Assembly (NCBI GenBank): GCA_028023455.1
Contig: JAQFVV010000007.1
Coordinates: 17,298,001-17,362,000, forward strand
Source of the DNA: Epiperipatus broadwayi
Lineage: Eukaryota > Animalia > Onychophora
DNA: 64,000 nt
Direction of reading: 5' to 3'
Each line of letters begins with the position of its first letter. Position 1 is the stretch's first letter. The position numbers and the translations under genes were made by a program. The notes below the pieces were generated by a model. The model was not told the origin of the DNA. It made no database searches and saw only the letters and a list, made by a program, of their open reading frames with translations. Positions 13,497 through 24,840 of the stretch are shown in pieces.

Positions 13497-14148
13497 ATGG
13501 CAAATGGGAATTATATTAATAAAATAGTATCTGCATTTGTGAAATAAGAACTTATGTGCGAAGCTAATTTAGGAAACAATAATTGTGGCAGATATAATGC
13601 ATATGAAAGTATGAATGAAAATATAAAAATGGCAATCCATTTAGCATAATCATAACAGTATGATTTAGGAGTATTGATAGGCTTTAGTGAGAATGAAATA
13701 TGGGCAAGTGGTACATGTATGATGGCAATGAAGAGATTCATTCTAAAATCCAAGAAGGTGCTTCATTTTATGGGTAAAGAAGGCAACTCTCTGCAAACAT
13801 TGGCAGGGTCAGGTCACAAATGAAGAATGCACTTTATTGAATTGCCATAAGCTGGACTTTTACCAGAGTGGACCCTATGCAATAATATCTAGCACTGAAG
13901 AAGTCCCAAGGGATTTACAAACCTTGTCCTTGGAATTGGGAGTAAAAATATACGTGACTCAGGTTTTCCAATACACCCGGGAAACGAAGCACAAATATAT
14001 ATAAAACTAAAAGCCAGTATACCCATAACACTTGAATTAATATAAATATACAAACTTAAACTAAGAAATAAAGAATTATCACCTATCTTTATTGATAAAG
14101 ACCCAGCGTACCAATGTGATTTGATTTACTACATGGATATGGAATAAG
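13497..14148 (+). pseudogene. Possible decayed ORF of unknown origin (~217 codons in one frame, 8 internal stops)
   Basis: Hand translation from ATG 13497: MANGNYINKIVSAFVK*ELMCEANLG...VLHFMGKEGNSLQTLAGSGHK*...NLVLGIGSKNIRDSGFPIHPGNEAQIYIKLK...YQCDLIYYMDME*. No family recognised. Confidence 0.3.
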
Positions 14149-14391
14149 TAAACTTAAAGCTAATGTAATAGCTCATAGAACTAGAGAATTCTCCCCCCCC
14201 CTCATCCCTCTTATTACTTTAACTTACACATAAAGCTTCCCTCAACGTATAACTAATACAAATATTTGGTTTTAAGTGCTTTCATAAATACCTTACATAT
14301 TATTAGATATATATAAAGTAGGTGGTGGTTAATGATTTCAAGAAAATAATATTGATTTAATTCATATAAGTATATTTAAAGTTTTTAGAAG

Positions 14392-16155
14392 TTGGCGCAT
14401 AAACCAAACTCCCAGAAACCAAAACAAACAACACAAAACGAAAACAGTGAAGAAAATGATACAACATTGGAAAACAATGATCCTTTTCCAAAACTTCAAT
14501 GCAGTTCCAAATTCACAACCCAAGACACCAACAACCCCCCAGAACCAGCACAGCAAAACAATGCTAACAACTCAGGACATTACCATGCCATATCCCCACA
14601 ACTCCATCCACAATTCTCATATGCTAATAGCCTTAGGATAACCACTAGGCAATCAACCCAAGCCAAAACTCAAGCAATCCACACACAAACTACAGAAGAC
14701 CCATACAATAAATTCATCCAATTAAGAGATGGGGAACAAGAACAAAATGAACATGCTGACTTGCAACAACCAGTTAACATAGACTACCATTCTTCAGTAA
14801 CAGAACGCTTTAATAGAACCATACCAAATCTTCTCTTTCGCTCCTTCACAGAGTATACCAATGAATGTACAAGTATCCTAACAATAACAGATATCAACTG
14901 CTCTTTATACAAATTCCCAATACTCTCACTCTATGATCTACTCACTGATCACAAGTTCTGGTCACCAGTTTATAAAATACTGTTCCACACAAATAAAAGG
15001 TATATTGCAATTCAATTCAAAGACCTAGCAGGAAAGCAACTCTTTGAAACTAAATTCAAACAGTTAGACAACAAATACCTGGTCCACATTAACATGAACA
15101 AACCACAGATTCTTCAGGGCAGAGTGAGTAACTGTACTGTCAACTTTGAAGAGTCCCACTTACAACAGGCACTTGCCAATTATGGTACAGTTGAAGGCTT
15201 TAAATACATCCAAGAATCAAGAGCAGAAACAATGGTATTTACCAACACTGCAGTCTTCCGTCTAGTCCTCAAGACAGGAATCCAGCCACTTACACTACCA
15301 GCAACAGTCAGCAACAACAAGGCTACAATCCTTATCAGCTTCCGGGATATACCCCCATTGTGCTTCAATTGTCGGAACAGAGGACACATAATGAAGGAGT
15401 GTCCCCTCAATACAAGCGATATAAGCAGTCAGGCATATCCAAAAAATCACAACAGCACCATCGAAGACCCCACTGATTCTACACATCCAATTAAAACCTA
15501 CCCAAAACCACAAACAGAAACTAAAAACACACATCAGTCCATACCCACTCCAATGGGAACAAACCATAGCCACACAAGCATCCCAGATACTGGAAAATCC
15601 CTAATCCACCACAGAATGGCAGAGGACTCAAAGCTCACTAGATCGCGGTCATCATCAGAAACCATGATCGAATCAGAAGATGAGGGACCCACCAAAACAT
15701 CTACAAAACCCTCCAAACCACGCAACCGCAAAAGATCAAGACATAATAATTCTAGCACACAAGAAAAATCAACTGATGACTCCAGTACCTCAGACCCAGC
15801 CCAAGTGGCCCTCAGAACAAAAACTACCAGATTACAGGAATCACGTAAACCATCAGACAAAAAACGACGAGAAATTCAATCAAGGGAAGATGAGACTCTA
15901 CCAAAATTCAGACCATCTGTAAACTCTATGCTGACAACCACCAAAGATGAGACTCTACCAAAAGTCAGACCACCTGAAGACCCTATGCTGACAACCACAG
16001 AAGAAGATACTCTACCAATTTTCAGACCAACTGAAGACCCCATGCCGACAACCACAGAAAATGAAATATTCCTTATCTCATTTCCTGAGTCAGAGAACAG
16101 CCCCTCAGAAAAACCCCTACCAGAAGACGCCGTCCCAGAAGATACCTTCACCTAA
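14392..16155 (+). CDS. LINE ORF1 (gag-like nucleic-acid-binding protein with one CCHC zinc knuckle and a low-complexity tail)
   Basis: CFNCRNRGHIMKEC (CX2CX4HX4C), preceded by a probable RRM-like region (YGTVEGFKY). Open for 587 codons but starts at TTG; the first in-frame ATG is ~codon 235. Confidence 0.85.
   Translation: MAHKPNSQKPKQTTQNENSEENDTTLENNDPFPKLQCSSKFTTQDTNNPPEPAQQNNANNSGHYHAISPQLHPQFSYANSLRITTRQSTQAKTQAIHTQTTEDPYNKFIQLRDGEQEQNEHADLQQPVNIDYHSSVTERFNRTIPNLLFRSFTEYTNECTSILTITDINCSLYKFPILSLYDLLTDHKFWSPVYKILFHTNKRYIAIQFKDLAGKQLFETKFKQLDNKYLVHINMNKPQILQGRVSNCTVNFEESHLQQALANYGTVEGFKYIQESRAETMVFTNTAVFRLVLKTGIQPLTLPATVSNNKATILISFRDIPPLCFNCRNRGHIMKECPLNTSDISSQAYPKNHNSTIEDPTDSTHPIKTYPKPQTETKNTHQSIPTPMGTNHSHTSIPDTGKSLIHHRMAEDSKLTRSRSSSETMIESEDEGPTKTSTKPSKPRNRKRSRHNNSSTQEKSTDDSSTSDPAQVALRTKTTRLQESRKPSDKKRREIQSREDETLPKFRPSVNSMLTTTKDETLPKVRPPEDPMLTTTEEDTLPIFRPTEDPMPTTTENEIFLISFPESENSPSEKPLPEDAVPEDTFT
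15886..16056 (+). repeat. Three tandem 57-bp (19-aa) repeats in the ORF1 tail
   Basis: EDETLPKFRPSVNSMLTTT / KDETLPKVRPPEDPMLTTT / EEDTLPIFRPTEDPMPTTT. Confidence 0.9.
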
Positions 16156-16174
16156 AAAAAAAACTCACCACACC

Positions 16175-19100
16175 ATGACTATTACAATCACAGCAGTAAA
16201 TATCAGAGGCTTAAACTCCAAAGAAAGAGTTGAAGCACTTCACAGATGGTTCATTAAACATCAACCAGATATCCTCTGTCTCTCCGAAACAAAACTACAC
16301 ATACAGTCTGGCCCACACATCATGAAACTAAACTCACTGGGCTACTTTCACTACTCCATAGCCCAAACACCAGGATCCGGAGTGGCCATACTAATTAACA
16401 AATTATCTCCCATAACCTTCTTCAAAATACTATACATAGACAACCACTGTCTCATAGCCATCCTTCAGTACAACAATTGTACCATCAACTTATGCAACAT
16501 ATACATGACAAAGGCTCCTGACAACATCCACAGAATTATTCACACAATAAATGTGACACTTCGAACCGACCCATTTCCTTCCATCCTGATAGGAGACTTC
16601 AACCACTCCTATGAAACCTTCCAGTCTAATTACCTCCCATTAATCAATCTAAAGCTAATGAGTGCACGAAACCTGCTCCCTGAGACAGCATTTTCATTCT
16701 ACACAACTAAATATAAGTCCCTCATCGACTTAACCTTTTTTTCACCAAACTTACTGCCTACCACTCAAGCCAGACTCTGGCCAGTGGTTTTTTCAGACCA
16801 CCTATTACAAGAGATAAAACTCCAGTTTTCCTCAAGCTCCCCAGACCCAAACAACTACCAAAGAACAATAAGACTCATAACCAGGGAAACTACACCAGCC
16901 TGCCTGTTCTCAGAAGCCTACATACAATTCCATCAAACAAACATACTCTCCAGGCCAATCACAGAGGCATGGCCTCTATTCACAAAAACACTACAGAAAC
17001 TAATAACCACCTACTCTTTCCGAAGACCAGGACCCTTGAAACTTTTAAACAGCTTAGACAACATTGCAGATACCCTCAAGCACCTAACACTGGAAGGACA
17101 AAACATAGAAACAATCTTACAACTAAAGACTAAATATAGGACCACCCAAAAGATTCTAGCAGAACACATAGCAACAAAAAGAGCCCGGAGCTACCTGGTA
17201 CATCAACACTGCTGGACCAGAGGATACATCAGATGGGCCTTGGGATCAGGAAAGAATAGAAAAGGCCCAAGCGACATCACCATTGATGGTAAACAATACA
17301 TTGGCCCTGCAATGCTAGGTAAACTCCAAGAACATTTCAAAAAAAAGTTTCAAAACCACATCACACCCAGTGACAGAAGAACTTTCAAAATAAATCCAGA
17401 CAACACTCATGACATTCCCCATGCTACAATCCAAAAAAAATTAAATGCGATGCCAGACAAAATACATCCTGGACTACATGGCATCCCGAAGTTCATTCTA
17501 TTCCATCTGAGCAAATATACCATCCCAATCATCAAGAAAATGATTGATCTACTCAGCAGTGGAACTTGCCAACTTGAATTTCTATACCCGATCGCAATGG
17601 TGCCACTACTTAAAAAGAGTGATGCCGCAACTGAACTGCAAAACCTAAGGCCTATCTCAATGATCCCACTCATGATCAAGATAATTGAGTCTATAATCAA
17701 AGACAAAATGCAAGACAATGTCCTCAAGCACATCTCAAAATACCAGTTTGCTAAGAAGGGTGCAGCCACATCAGATGCAATAAGCCGCTTCCGTCTAGTA
17801 ATAGACCAAGTGCGCACAAAAAGAAGGTCCAAGCCAGTTGCCATTCAACTCGACATCGCAGGGGCATTCGACTCAGTACGCATTGATGTGCTAATTAAAA
17901 CACTTGAACAATACCAAGTACCTCAACCTCTTCTACAAATCATAGAGAACCTTTTAAACAACCGGGAAATTTTCCTCACGCTAGATGGACGCATAGCTCC
18001 GGGATTCAAACCAAGTTTATCCATCCCACAGGGATCCCCACTAAGCACGCTGTTATTCACAGCTTACATAAACCCTCTCCTACTCCAAATAGAAAACACA
18101 CTTCCAGGCATCCAAGTAGATTACATCAATGAAAACATAAAACACATTTCCTACATGGACGATGTTGTCGTCTTTCTTCCCTCCATCGATCACCTTAACA
18201 ATCTAGTAGACATACTTGACAGTTACACAACAATGCATGGCCTCACATTCAACAGCGAGAAGTCAGCAATATGGTCATTACTCACAGGAAAACAAATTCC
18301 AGCCATGTTCAATGCCCAACCACAGAAGTTCTTGGGATTCCCTGTAGCAAAGTCCTACTCACTCATGAGACAGGAAATCCAAAACTCACTGCTGGAAAAA
18401 ACACAAACCACAATAGCATCAATATCAAAAATTTACTTGTCCCTCTTTGGAAAGGTCGCATTACTAAATGCCATCCTGCTTCCCAAAATAACATACTACC
18501 TTACTGGATTCAACCCCACCAAAGGATTCATAAACAAAATAAACTCGGCATGCACCAAACTTTGCTGGGGAGGAAAAGTCGCAGCCATCAGTATCAAGAC
18601 AATGCATAACCCCAGGAGAGAGAATGGTCTCTCACTCCACTCCATTGAAACAGTCAACCTACAAAGAACACACAATGTGCTTCACAAACTTTTTAAGGAC
18701 AATGATGCCATTGAATGCCCACTACCTGTCGAGCCCACAGATAGGCCACCACCCTCTAAACAAAACAACTGGCTTCGACAATCAGTGACTCTAATCCTGA
18801 ACCAACTTTCAGCCAATGCAAGCCTATTCACAAGAAAACTCACATATTGGGAGATCTTCAATATTACACACCGCAAGAGTTCCACTATCTCTGCCTACCT
18901 CCATATTTCCAACCAAAGACTCATCAAACTAACAAAACACTGGCACCTTCCCCCAAAGTATGTTGACTTCCTCATTAAAGTAAATCTGGAAGCCCTTCCC
19001 ACAAATGCCTTTCTCTACTATAAGAGAGGCTTCAAAAATCTAGCAAGCACATGCGCACTCTGCCAGAGAGAAGATGAAACCACCAACCACACGCTAACAA

Positions 19101-19414
19101 ACTGCCCATGTCTACAAAAGCTCCAATCAGCATTACGGAACCGATTCAAGAACCAAACCCACAATTCTTTGTCTCTGACCAATGTGATAGATCAAGGAAC
19201 TTATGCACAACTTAGACTGGCAACATTTGTGAACTTTACAATCTGGTCTCTTCGATGTAAGCTGGTCATAAGCAAGTCTGAATACCCGAACATTGAGACA
19301 GCCTTATATCAAATGCTGAATAAAATTCGCAAAACAGACTTTTCCACAGCCTACCTTAACATTGCAGAAAACACATGGGCCCTAGTTGATCTACCCAGTG
19401 AAGAAGTACTCTAA
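16175..19414 (+). CDS. LINE ORF2: APE endonuclease, reverse transcriptase and C-terminal zinc finger; uninterrupted
   Basis: MTITITAVNIRGLN, LCLSETK, IGDFN, FSDH (APE); LDIAGAFDSV, PQGSPLS, YMDD (RT); CALCQREDETTNHTLTNC (zf-RVT-like). The ORF track starts at 16061, but ATG 16175 just after the ORF1 stop is the more likely start. Confidence 0.95.
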   Translation: MTITITAVNIRGLNSKERVEALHRWFIKHQPDILCLSETKLHIQSGPHIMKLNSLGYFHYSIAQTPGSGVAILINKLSPITFFKILYIDNHCLIAILQYNNCTINLCNIYMTKAPDNIHRIIHTINVTLRTDPFPSILIGDFNHSYETFQSNYLPLINLKLMSARNLLPETAFSFYTTKYKSLIDLTFFSPNLLPTTQARLWPVVFSDHLLQEIKLQFSSSSPDPNNYQRTIRLITRETTPACLFSEAYIQFHQTNILSRPITEAWPLFTKTLQKLITTYSFRRPGPLKLLNSLDNIADTLKHLTLEGQNIETILQLKTKYRTTQKILAEHIATKRARSYLVHQHCWTRGYIRWALGSGKNRKGPSDITIDGKQYIGPAMLGKLQEHFKKKFQNHITPSDRRTFKINPDNTHDIPHATIQKKLNAMPDKIHPGLHGIPKFILFHLSKYTIPIIKKMIDLLSSGTCQLEFLYPIAMVPLLKKSDAATELQNLRPISMIPLMIKIIESIIKDKMQDNVLKHISKYQFAKKGAATSDAISRFRLVIDQVRTKRRSKPVAIQLDIAGAFDSVRIDVLIKTLEQYQVPQPLLQIIENLLNNREIFLTLDGRIAPGFKPSLSIPQGSPLSTLLFTAYINPLLLQIENTLPGIQVDYINENIKHISYMDDVVVFLPSIDHLNNLVDILDSYTTMHGLTFNSEKSAIWSLLTGKQIPAMFNAQPQKFLGFPVAKSYSLMRQEIQNSLLEKTQTTIASISKIYLSLFGKVALLNAILLPKITYYLTGFNPTKGFINKINSACTKLCWGGKVAAISIKTMHNPRRENGLSLHSIETVNLQRTHNVLHKLFKDNDAIECPLPVEPTDRPPPSKQNNWLRQSVTLILNQLSANASLFTRKLTYWEIFNITHRKSSTISAYLHISNQRLIKLTKHWHLPPKYVDFLIKVNLEALPTNAFLYYKRGFKNLASTCALCQREDETTNHTLTNCPCLQKLQSALRNRFKNQTHNSLSLTNVIDQGTYAQLRLATFVNFTIWSLRCKLVISKSEYPNIETALYQMLNKIRKTDFSTAYLNIAENTWALVDLPSEEVL

Positions 19415-21817
19415 GATTACGCCTGAACACAACACCACAGAACTTTATAATACATGCATATAAATCATTGTAATAATCTGTATAATCCATAGTAACAATA
19501 TGTAAAACCAATGTAACCATTGTATAATTCCTCAATAAAGTTGGAAAAAAAAAACATTTCTAAGAAAACAGATTTTTGCTTAGTTTTTCGAAAATAACAT
19601 TGTACAATAATTAACTGATTTTTATTTTACTCTCCCAGACTCGCAGGCATCCGCTATAATAAAAATAAAAAATTTGTTTTTTTTTTCCTTTACTAAAAAC
19701 TAGATTAATCGTCCTCTGAAAAGAAGGGAAGGGTTTTTTAAAAAGAGATATTGTAGGCATTTGCATATCTGGGGAAAATTATCGACATATAATTTAGTAT
19801 ACAAAAATATAAAAATAAAAATATTGTCGCATAGACATGAAATTAAGAAATAATAATTGTTCAGAGAGGTTTAATGTAGGAGAGATTATTGCTAAGTTAT
19901 ATAGAGAGAACAAAGTACATTTGAGTAACAAGGTAAGAATTTACAAATTGATTAATTCATAATTAATATTAATTTTAGAAGGAAGGCTTTACAAAGTGTT
20001 TAAAGAAACATATAGGTGAGATTTGAAATTATTCAAAGTAAATTTAAGAGTCTAGCAGCACTTGAAATTATTACCTCTGTACAAACTTGGCTATTCTTTT
20101 GATGATGTTCAGATTTCCCTTGGTGAACTAGATCTAATTTGACGAGCATAGTTATTCAGGCAGGTAGTAAGTTCATTATTTAACAAACAGGCATATAGTT
20201 ATAGTTTATGAGTATCGGGATCCTGGGTGCAGATTTCAGGAAGGGCCATCTCGAACGGTGAGAAATGCGAAGTGGGTTTACTCATGACACATTGAAATCA
20301 AAACGAACATGGATTTATTTGGAAACTGCTTTCATTGACTTTTTAGTTCTCCCAGTGGTCAAAATTAGCCCATTTTATACTATGCCCCAGTATTTGTGGA
20401 ATGCTTTCTTGATTGGTTGCCACTACTCATTCTCTAATCTAATTTTTAAATAAATTTCTACATAAGCTTTACCCATTGTGCTGGAAGATGCCATTGTTAG
20501 ATAATATGTATTCAAACCTAAATTAATTTGATAACAAATGTTTATGACAAAAATAAATCAGTTAGTTTAATTTCTAATTTTAATTTTAGAGAAACTTTTA
20601 ATTAAAGTTATTTTAGAAGATTAAACAAGATTAAGTTTTTCACCTTTAATTATTTTTGATTACTTACAATTGCATCTTCCATCTTGGATTTAAAAAGAAA
20701 AGTACAGTTTAATAGCAAAAATAATTTATAAGATAAAATTTTATAGAATGACATATAGCATATAAAAGTGACTTACCCGCTGACGAAGAAGCTGCAAAAA
20801 CCAAAACAATTAAATAGGCCAAGTACTTTCGAGGTTTTCCCTCATATTCATGTCCAACATAAGTTATAAATCATTTATGTAATGTTGCTAATTAATAAAA
20901 TATGCAAATGAGAATGCAAATTAATTTGGCCATTTTTTTGAGATAGAAAAACACGTGTCGCGTCTATTGATGGCATTGTTATCACTGATAACAAAATATG
21001 CCTCCTTGATTTTTCTTTTGCAGTCATTGGATTCAGAGCATACTATCTTGGGATTTCTGAGTTCAAACACATGGCCAGCCTGCTTCTCATGTTCAAAGAA
21101 TATTGAGAATTTATCGTTGTTCTTTTTTGACATATAACAAACTTTTTCTAGTAAATATTTGCCTCAGTAGGTTTGTCTCTATGATATCTATATACATCTG
21201 AGCCACAATTACTAAATATATACTGTAACTTTAATAAATAAAAAAAATACAGAAAATATAATATATTTTGATATTATAAGTTTGTTACAATTAATCCTCC
21301 ATTACCTATTGTGTAGACGTATTCCCCTTTTAAATACTATATATATATATATTTTTTTGGGTGTGTATTTAAATTCAGATATCTACACATATATCTTCAT
21401 TAAGAAGTATTTTAGTTAATATATCAAGAAAAGGAACAGAAAAATGTGTTAGTGAGTGGAATATATACCCAAGAATAAGGTTTGAATTTGTCTTGGTAGC
21501 GGAAGATTTGAAGTGGAATGTGAAGCGCAATCTGAATCTCAGATTACACTTCCATAAATATATTAATATCTTCATCCAGAACTGATTTAGGGTTTCAACT
21601 TAAGAAATCAACATAACAGTTTTCTTAAGGTTAAAAGATTTTAATTCTTTTTTTTGCAATGTAAGATAATGTATAATATTTGATTCAGAATTTAATCTAA
21701 TATAACTTTCATTCCCCAGAAGTCGTTTTGTGTTTTACTTAAGATGCCAACACAATACCATTCCCAAGATTAAAGTTTTACTCTTTTTTTTAGCAATGTA
21801 AGATAATGTGTAATTTC

Positions 21818-22550
21818 ATAAATAATATTTCTGTGGTGTAATTTTCACTAGATCACTCTCATGCAAGATAGAAACTGGCTTCTATCCACTTTCGATAATA
21901 TGTTTGAGTTGTTTAATCATAAACATGTTACCAAAACCATGTAAAAAAGATATATGATCCCCATGATGCACATTTCATGCTGAACCAGTATTCATCAGGT
22001 GGCCCACAACATAATCTCTACCATATATTTTTATGATTGTTCAGTATATATTAATAGCTAATTGATACAGTTTAATTAATGTCAAATTTACTGCCCTCAC
22101 AATTTTGTCCCAAACGACTTAATGGAAGTACAATGATAATTTTGATTAGTCATTCCTTAGACTAGAGATTGTCCATTTAATAAATAATATTTCTGTACTA
22201 TAATTTTCAAAGTTGTGAGGGCGATAAGTTTGACACTTGCCAATTAAATGGTAGTAATTGGTTATCTTTATATATAGAATGATTATAAATATATGTGTAA
22301 GAGATTGTGATCTAGACCAGCTAATGAATTCTCATTTAGCATGAAATGTTCATCTTGGGGATCATATATTTCTTTCACATGGCTTTGGTCATATGTTTAT
22401 ATGATTACATCTCTCCAGAAGGTGTTAAAAGCACATAAAAATCAGCCCCTGCCTTACATGAGAGTTGTGTAATAAAAATTACACTATAGAATATTATTCA
22501 TTAAGCAGATAGCTCTATTCTAATGAATGATTAATAAAAATTATTAATAT
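21818..22550. repeat. Inverted repeat H1, copy A
   Basis: 21818-22110 pairs with 22205-22503, e.g. 'gtcaaattttactgccctcacaatttt' with 'caaagttgtgagggcgataagtttgac'. Loop segment ~22130-22205 also pairs with ~22480-22550. Confidence 0.85.
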
Positions 22551-22924
22551 AAAGTGTAATACTTGATTCAGAATTTAGCCTAATATAGCTTTCATCATGA
22601 TGGATAGTATATAAATTATGCAGAAATATGTAAAAACACTGATTTCTATTCATTAATGAATTTGCATATTATAAACCTATACAAAATTTTACTCTAGCTT
22701 GAGTTATACTGAATATTTATCAGTCCAATTTCACATGAAACTGATAAGTTAAATACTGAAGTGCATTGCATTAAGGGTAAATTAGGGTACACTTATGTTC
22801 TTATATAAATATTTATAATAAATAAATAACAGTCTTTTACTCATAAAGGCATATAGTAGTTAAATGATGTTACAACTATCACAAAAAATGTCGTCTTTAA
22901 AATAGTGATACATATAGATATACA

Positions 22925-23040
22925 CGCACACAGTGCTACGGTAAAAGTTAACTGTTCCAAGTTTCCTGAAATATCTCTGAATCAAATTGCTAAGTAGTAA
23001 TATATGTTAAAGATTCACCACAAAATCTTTAAAATAATTT
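22925..23040. repeat. Short dispersed repeat, possibly a DNA-transposon end; second copy at ~63615-63728
   Basis: 'cagtgctacggtaaaagttaactgttccaagtttcctgaaatatctctg' vs 'cagtgctccagtaaaaagttaactgctccaagttttttgaaatatctctg'. Superfamily not assignable. Confidence 0.4.
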
Positions 23041-24093
23041 CAACCTACATTTTCACTTGGAAGAGGGCAAAATGGATAGTTATTCAAATAAATACGTATA
23101 AGAAGGATTTGGCAAAAGTTTATCAACTCCAGTTAAATCAACTGACTAGCATTTCATCATAAGAGAATATCCATTCCTTAGCAAAGTTTAATTCATTTTA
23201 TATTAAGGTATCGAAAACATCAACTATCAGGGACTACAAGTCGATGTTTCTTAATGCAATAACCAGTAATCATATTCCAGAAATATAATGGGAAATAATA
23301 TTTTTATAGTGAAAACATATAATATCATGTGACAAAACTCTAAATCTATTTAATCACTAGTTGAACTGCCCTCTAATGCTAAATTCAGTAACTTTTTATA
23401 GTAGGAAAATAGTCGTTTCTTTCTGTATTTTAGATCTTTTTATATAAAATTATGCAGAAAAGCAATATCCAAAGAGCTATTTTAATTTAGCATATATATA
23501 TAAATCAGGAAGCAACCTGATTAATTACTCCATAGAATAAAACTGGTTTAATTTTTTGCAAATATAGTTTACTAATTTTTAAAGAATATACTCATTTTTA
23601 CTTAGACTTTTTTAGTTTTTAATTCATTAATTATATAGTGAAATTTAAGAAATCAAAAACATTTTATTAAATATATATATATATATATTGCTATATTTCA
23701 AATATGTTTTGCAATGGATAAGAGAGCTTTTTTTTTTAAATAACTTTATGATCTTTGAATATTCTTTTTCTCTATTGAAAATCCCAAAAAATATTATTCC
23801 AATATTAGAAACCTTAATTGAAAAAGATGTTCATAAATATTTTAATTTGTGAGTTTCAATTTAAGAAACCAACATAATAGTTTTCTTAAAATTAAAAGAT
23901 TTTATTTTAATTTTTTTTAAAGCAATGTAAGGTAATATATAATATTTGATTCAGAATTTAATCTAATATAACTGTCATTCCTTCAGAATTCATTTAGTGT
24001 TTTAACTTAAGATGCCAACACAATACCTTTCCCAAGACTAAAGTTTTACTTTTCTTTTTTTTTTTTTTTAGCAATATTAAGATAATATATGAT

Positions 24094-24840
24094 TTAATGA
24101 AATATTTATGTGGTGTAATTTTCATTAGATCACTCTCATGCAAGATAGAGACTGGCTTCAATCCAGTTTTGACAATATATTTGTGGAGGCATGTAATCAT
24201 AAACATGCTACCAAAATCATGCAAAAAAGATATATGATCCTCATGATGCACATTTCATGCTGGTCCAGCATTCATCACTTGGCCCAGATCATAATCTTCA
24301 ACATGTATCTTTACGATTGTTCAATATATATATATTAATAGCCAATTACCACAGTTCAATTAATAAGTGTCAAACTTACTGCTCTTACAACTTTGACACA
24401 ATCGACTTAATGGAATTACACTAATAATTTTTAATTGTCATTCATTAAATTAGAGATTGTCCACTTAATGAATAATATTTCTGTAATGTAATTTTCAAAG
24501 TTGTGAGGGTGATAAGTTTGACACTTGCCAATTAAAGGGTAGTACTTGGTTATTTGTTTATATATAGAATGGTTATAAATATATGTGTAAAAGATTGTGA
24601 TCTGAACCAGTTAATAAATGCTGATTTAGAATCAAATGTGCATCTTGGTGATGATATATTTCTTTCACATGGATTTGGTCATATGTTTATGATTACAACT
24701 CTCTAAAAGGTGTTAAAAGCAGATTAAAAAACAGCACCTACCTTGCATGAGAGTTGTGTAATAAAAATTACACTAAAGAAATATTATTCATTAAGTGGAT
24801 AGCTCTAATCTAATGAATGACTAATAAAAATTGTTACTAT
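24094..24840. repeat. Inverted repeat H1, copy B
   Basis: 'gtgtcaaacttactgctcttacaactttg' (24367) pairs with 'caaagttgtgagggtgataagtttgacac' (24497); pairing extends outward to 24094/24794. 24420-24497 is also the reverse complement of 24765-24840. Confidence 0.85.

Larger units (their letters stand above)
14392..19554 (+). mobile_element. Near full-length L1/Tx1-like non-LTR retrotransposon
   Basis: Two ORFs separated by a 19-nt A-rich spacer, then a ~140-nt 3' UTR with AATAAA (~19534) and poly(A) 19545-19554. Strong C/A strand skew. No TSD identified. Confidence 0.95.

Noticed and set aside
19838-20100. Plus-strand spliced mini-gene (MKLRNNNCSERF...|KEGFTKCLKKHI)
   Set aside because: Needs 40-46 nt introns, ends in a stop after ~60 codons, has no recognisable domain, and overlaps equally plausible minus-strand signals.
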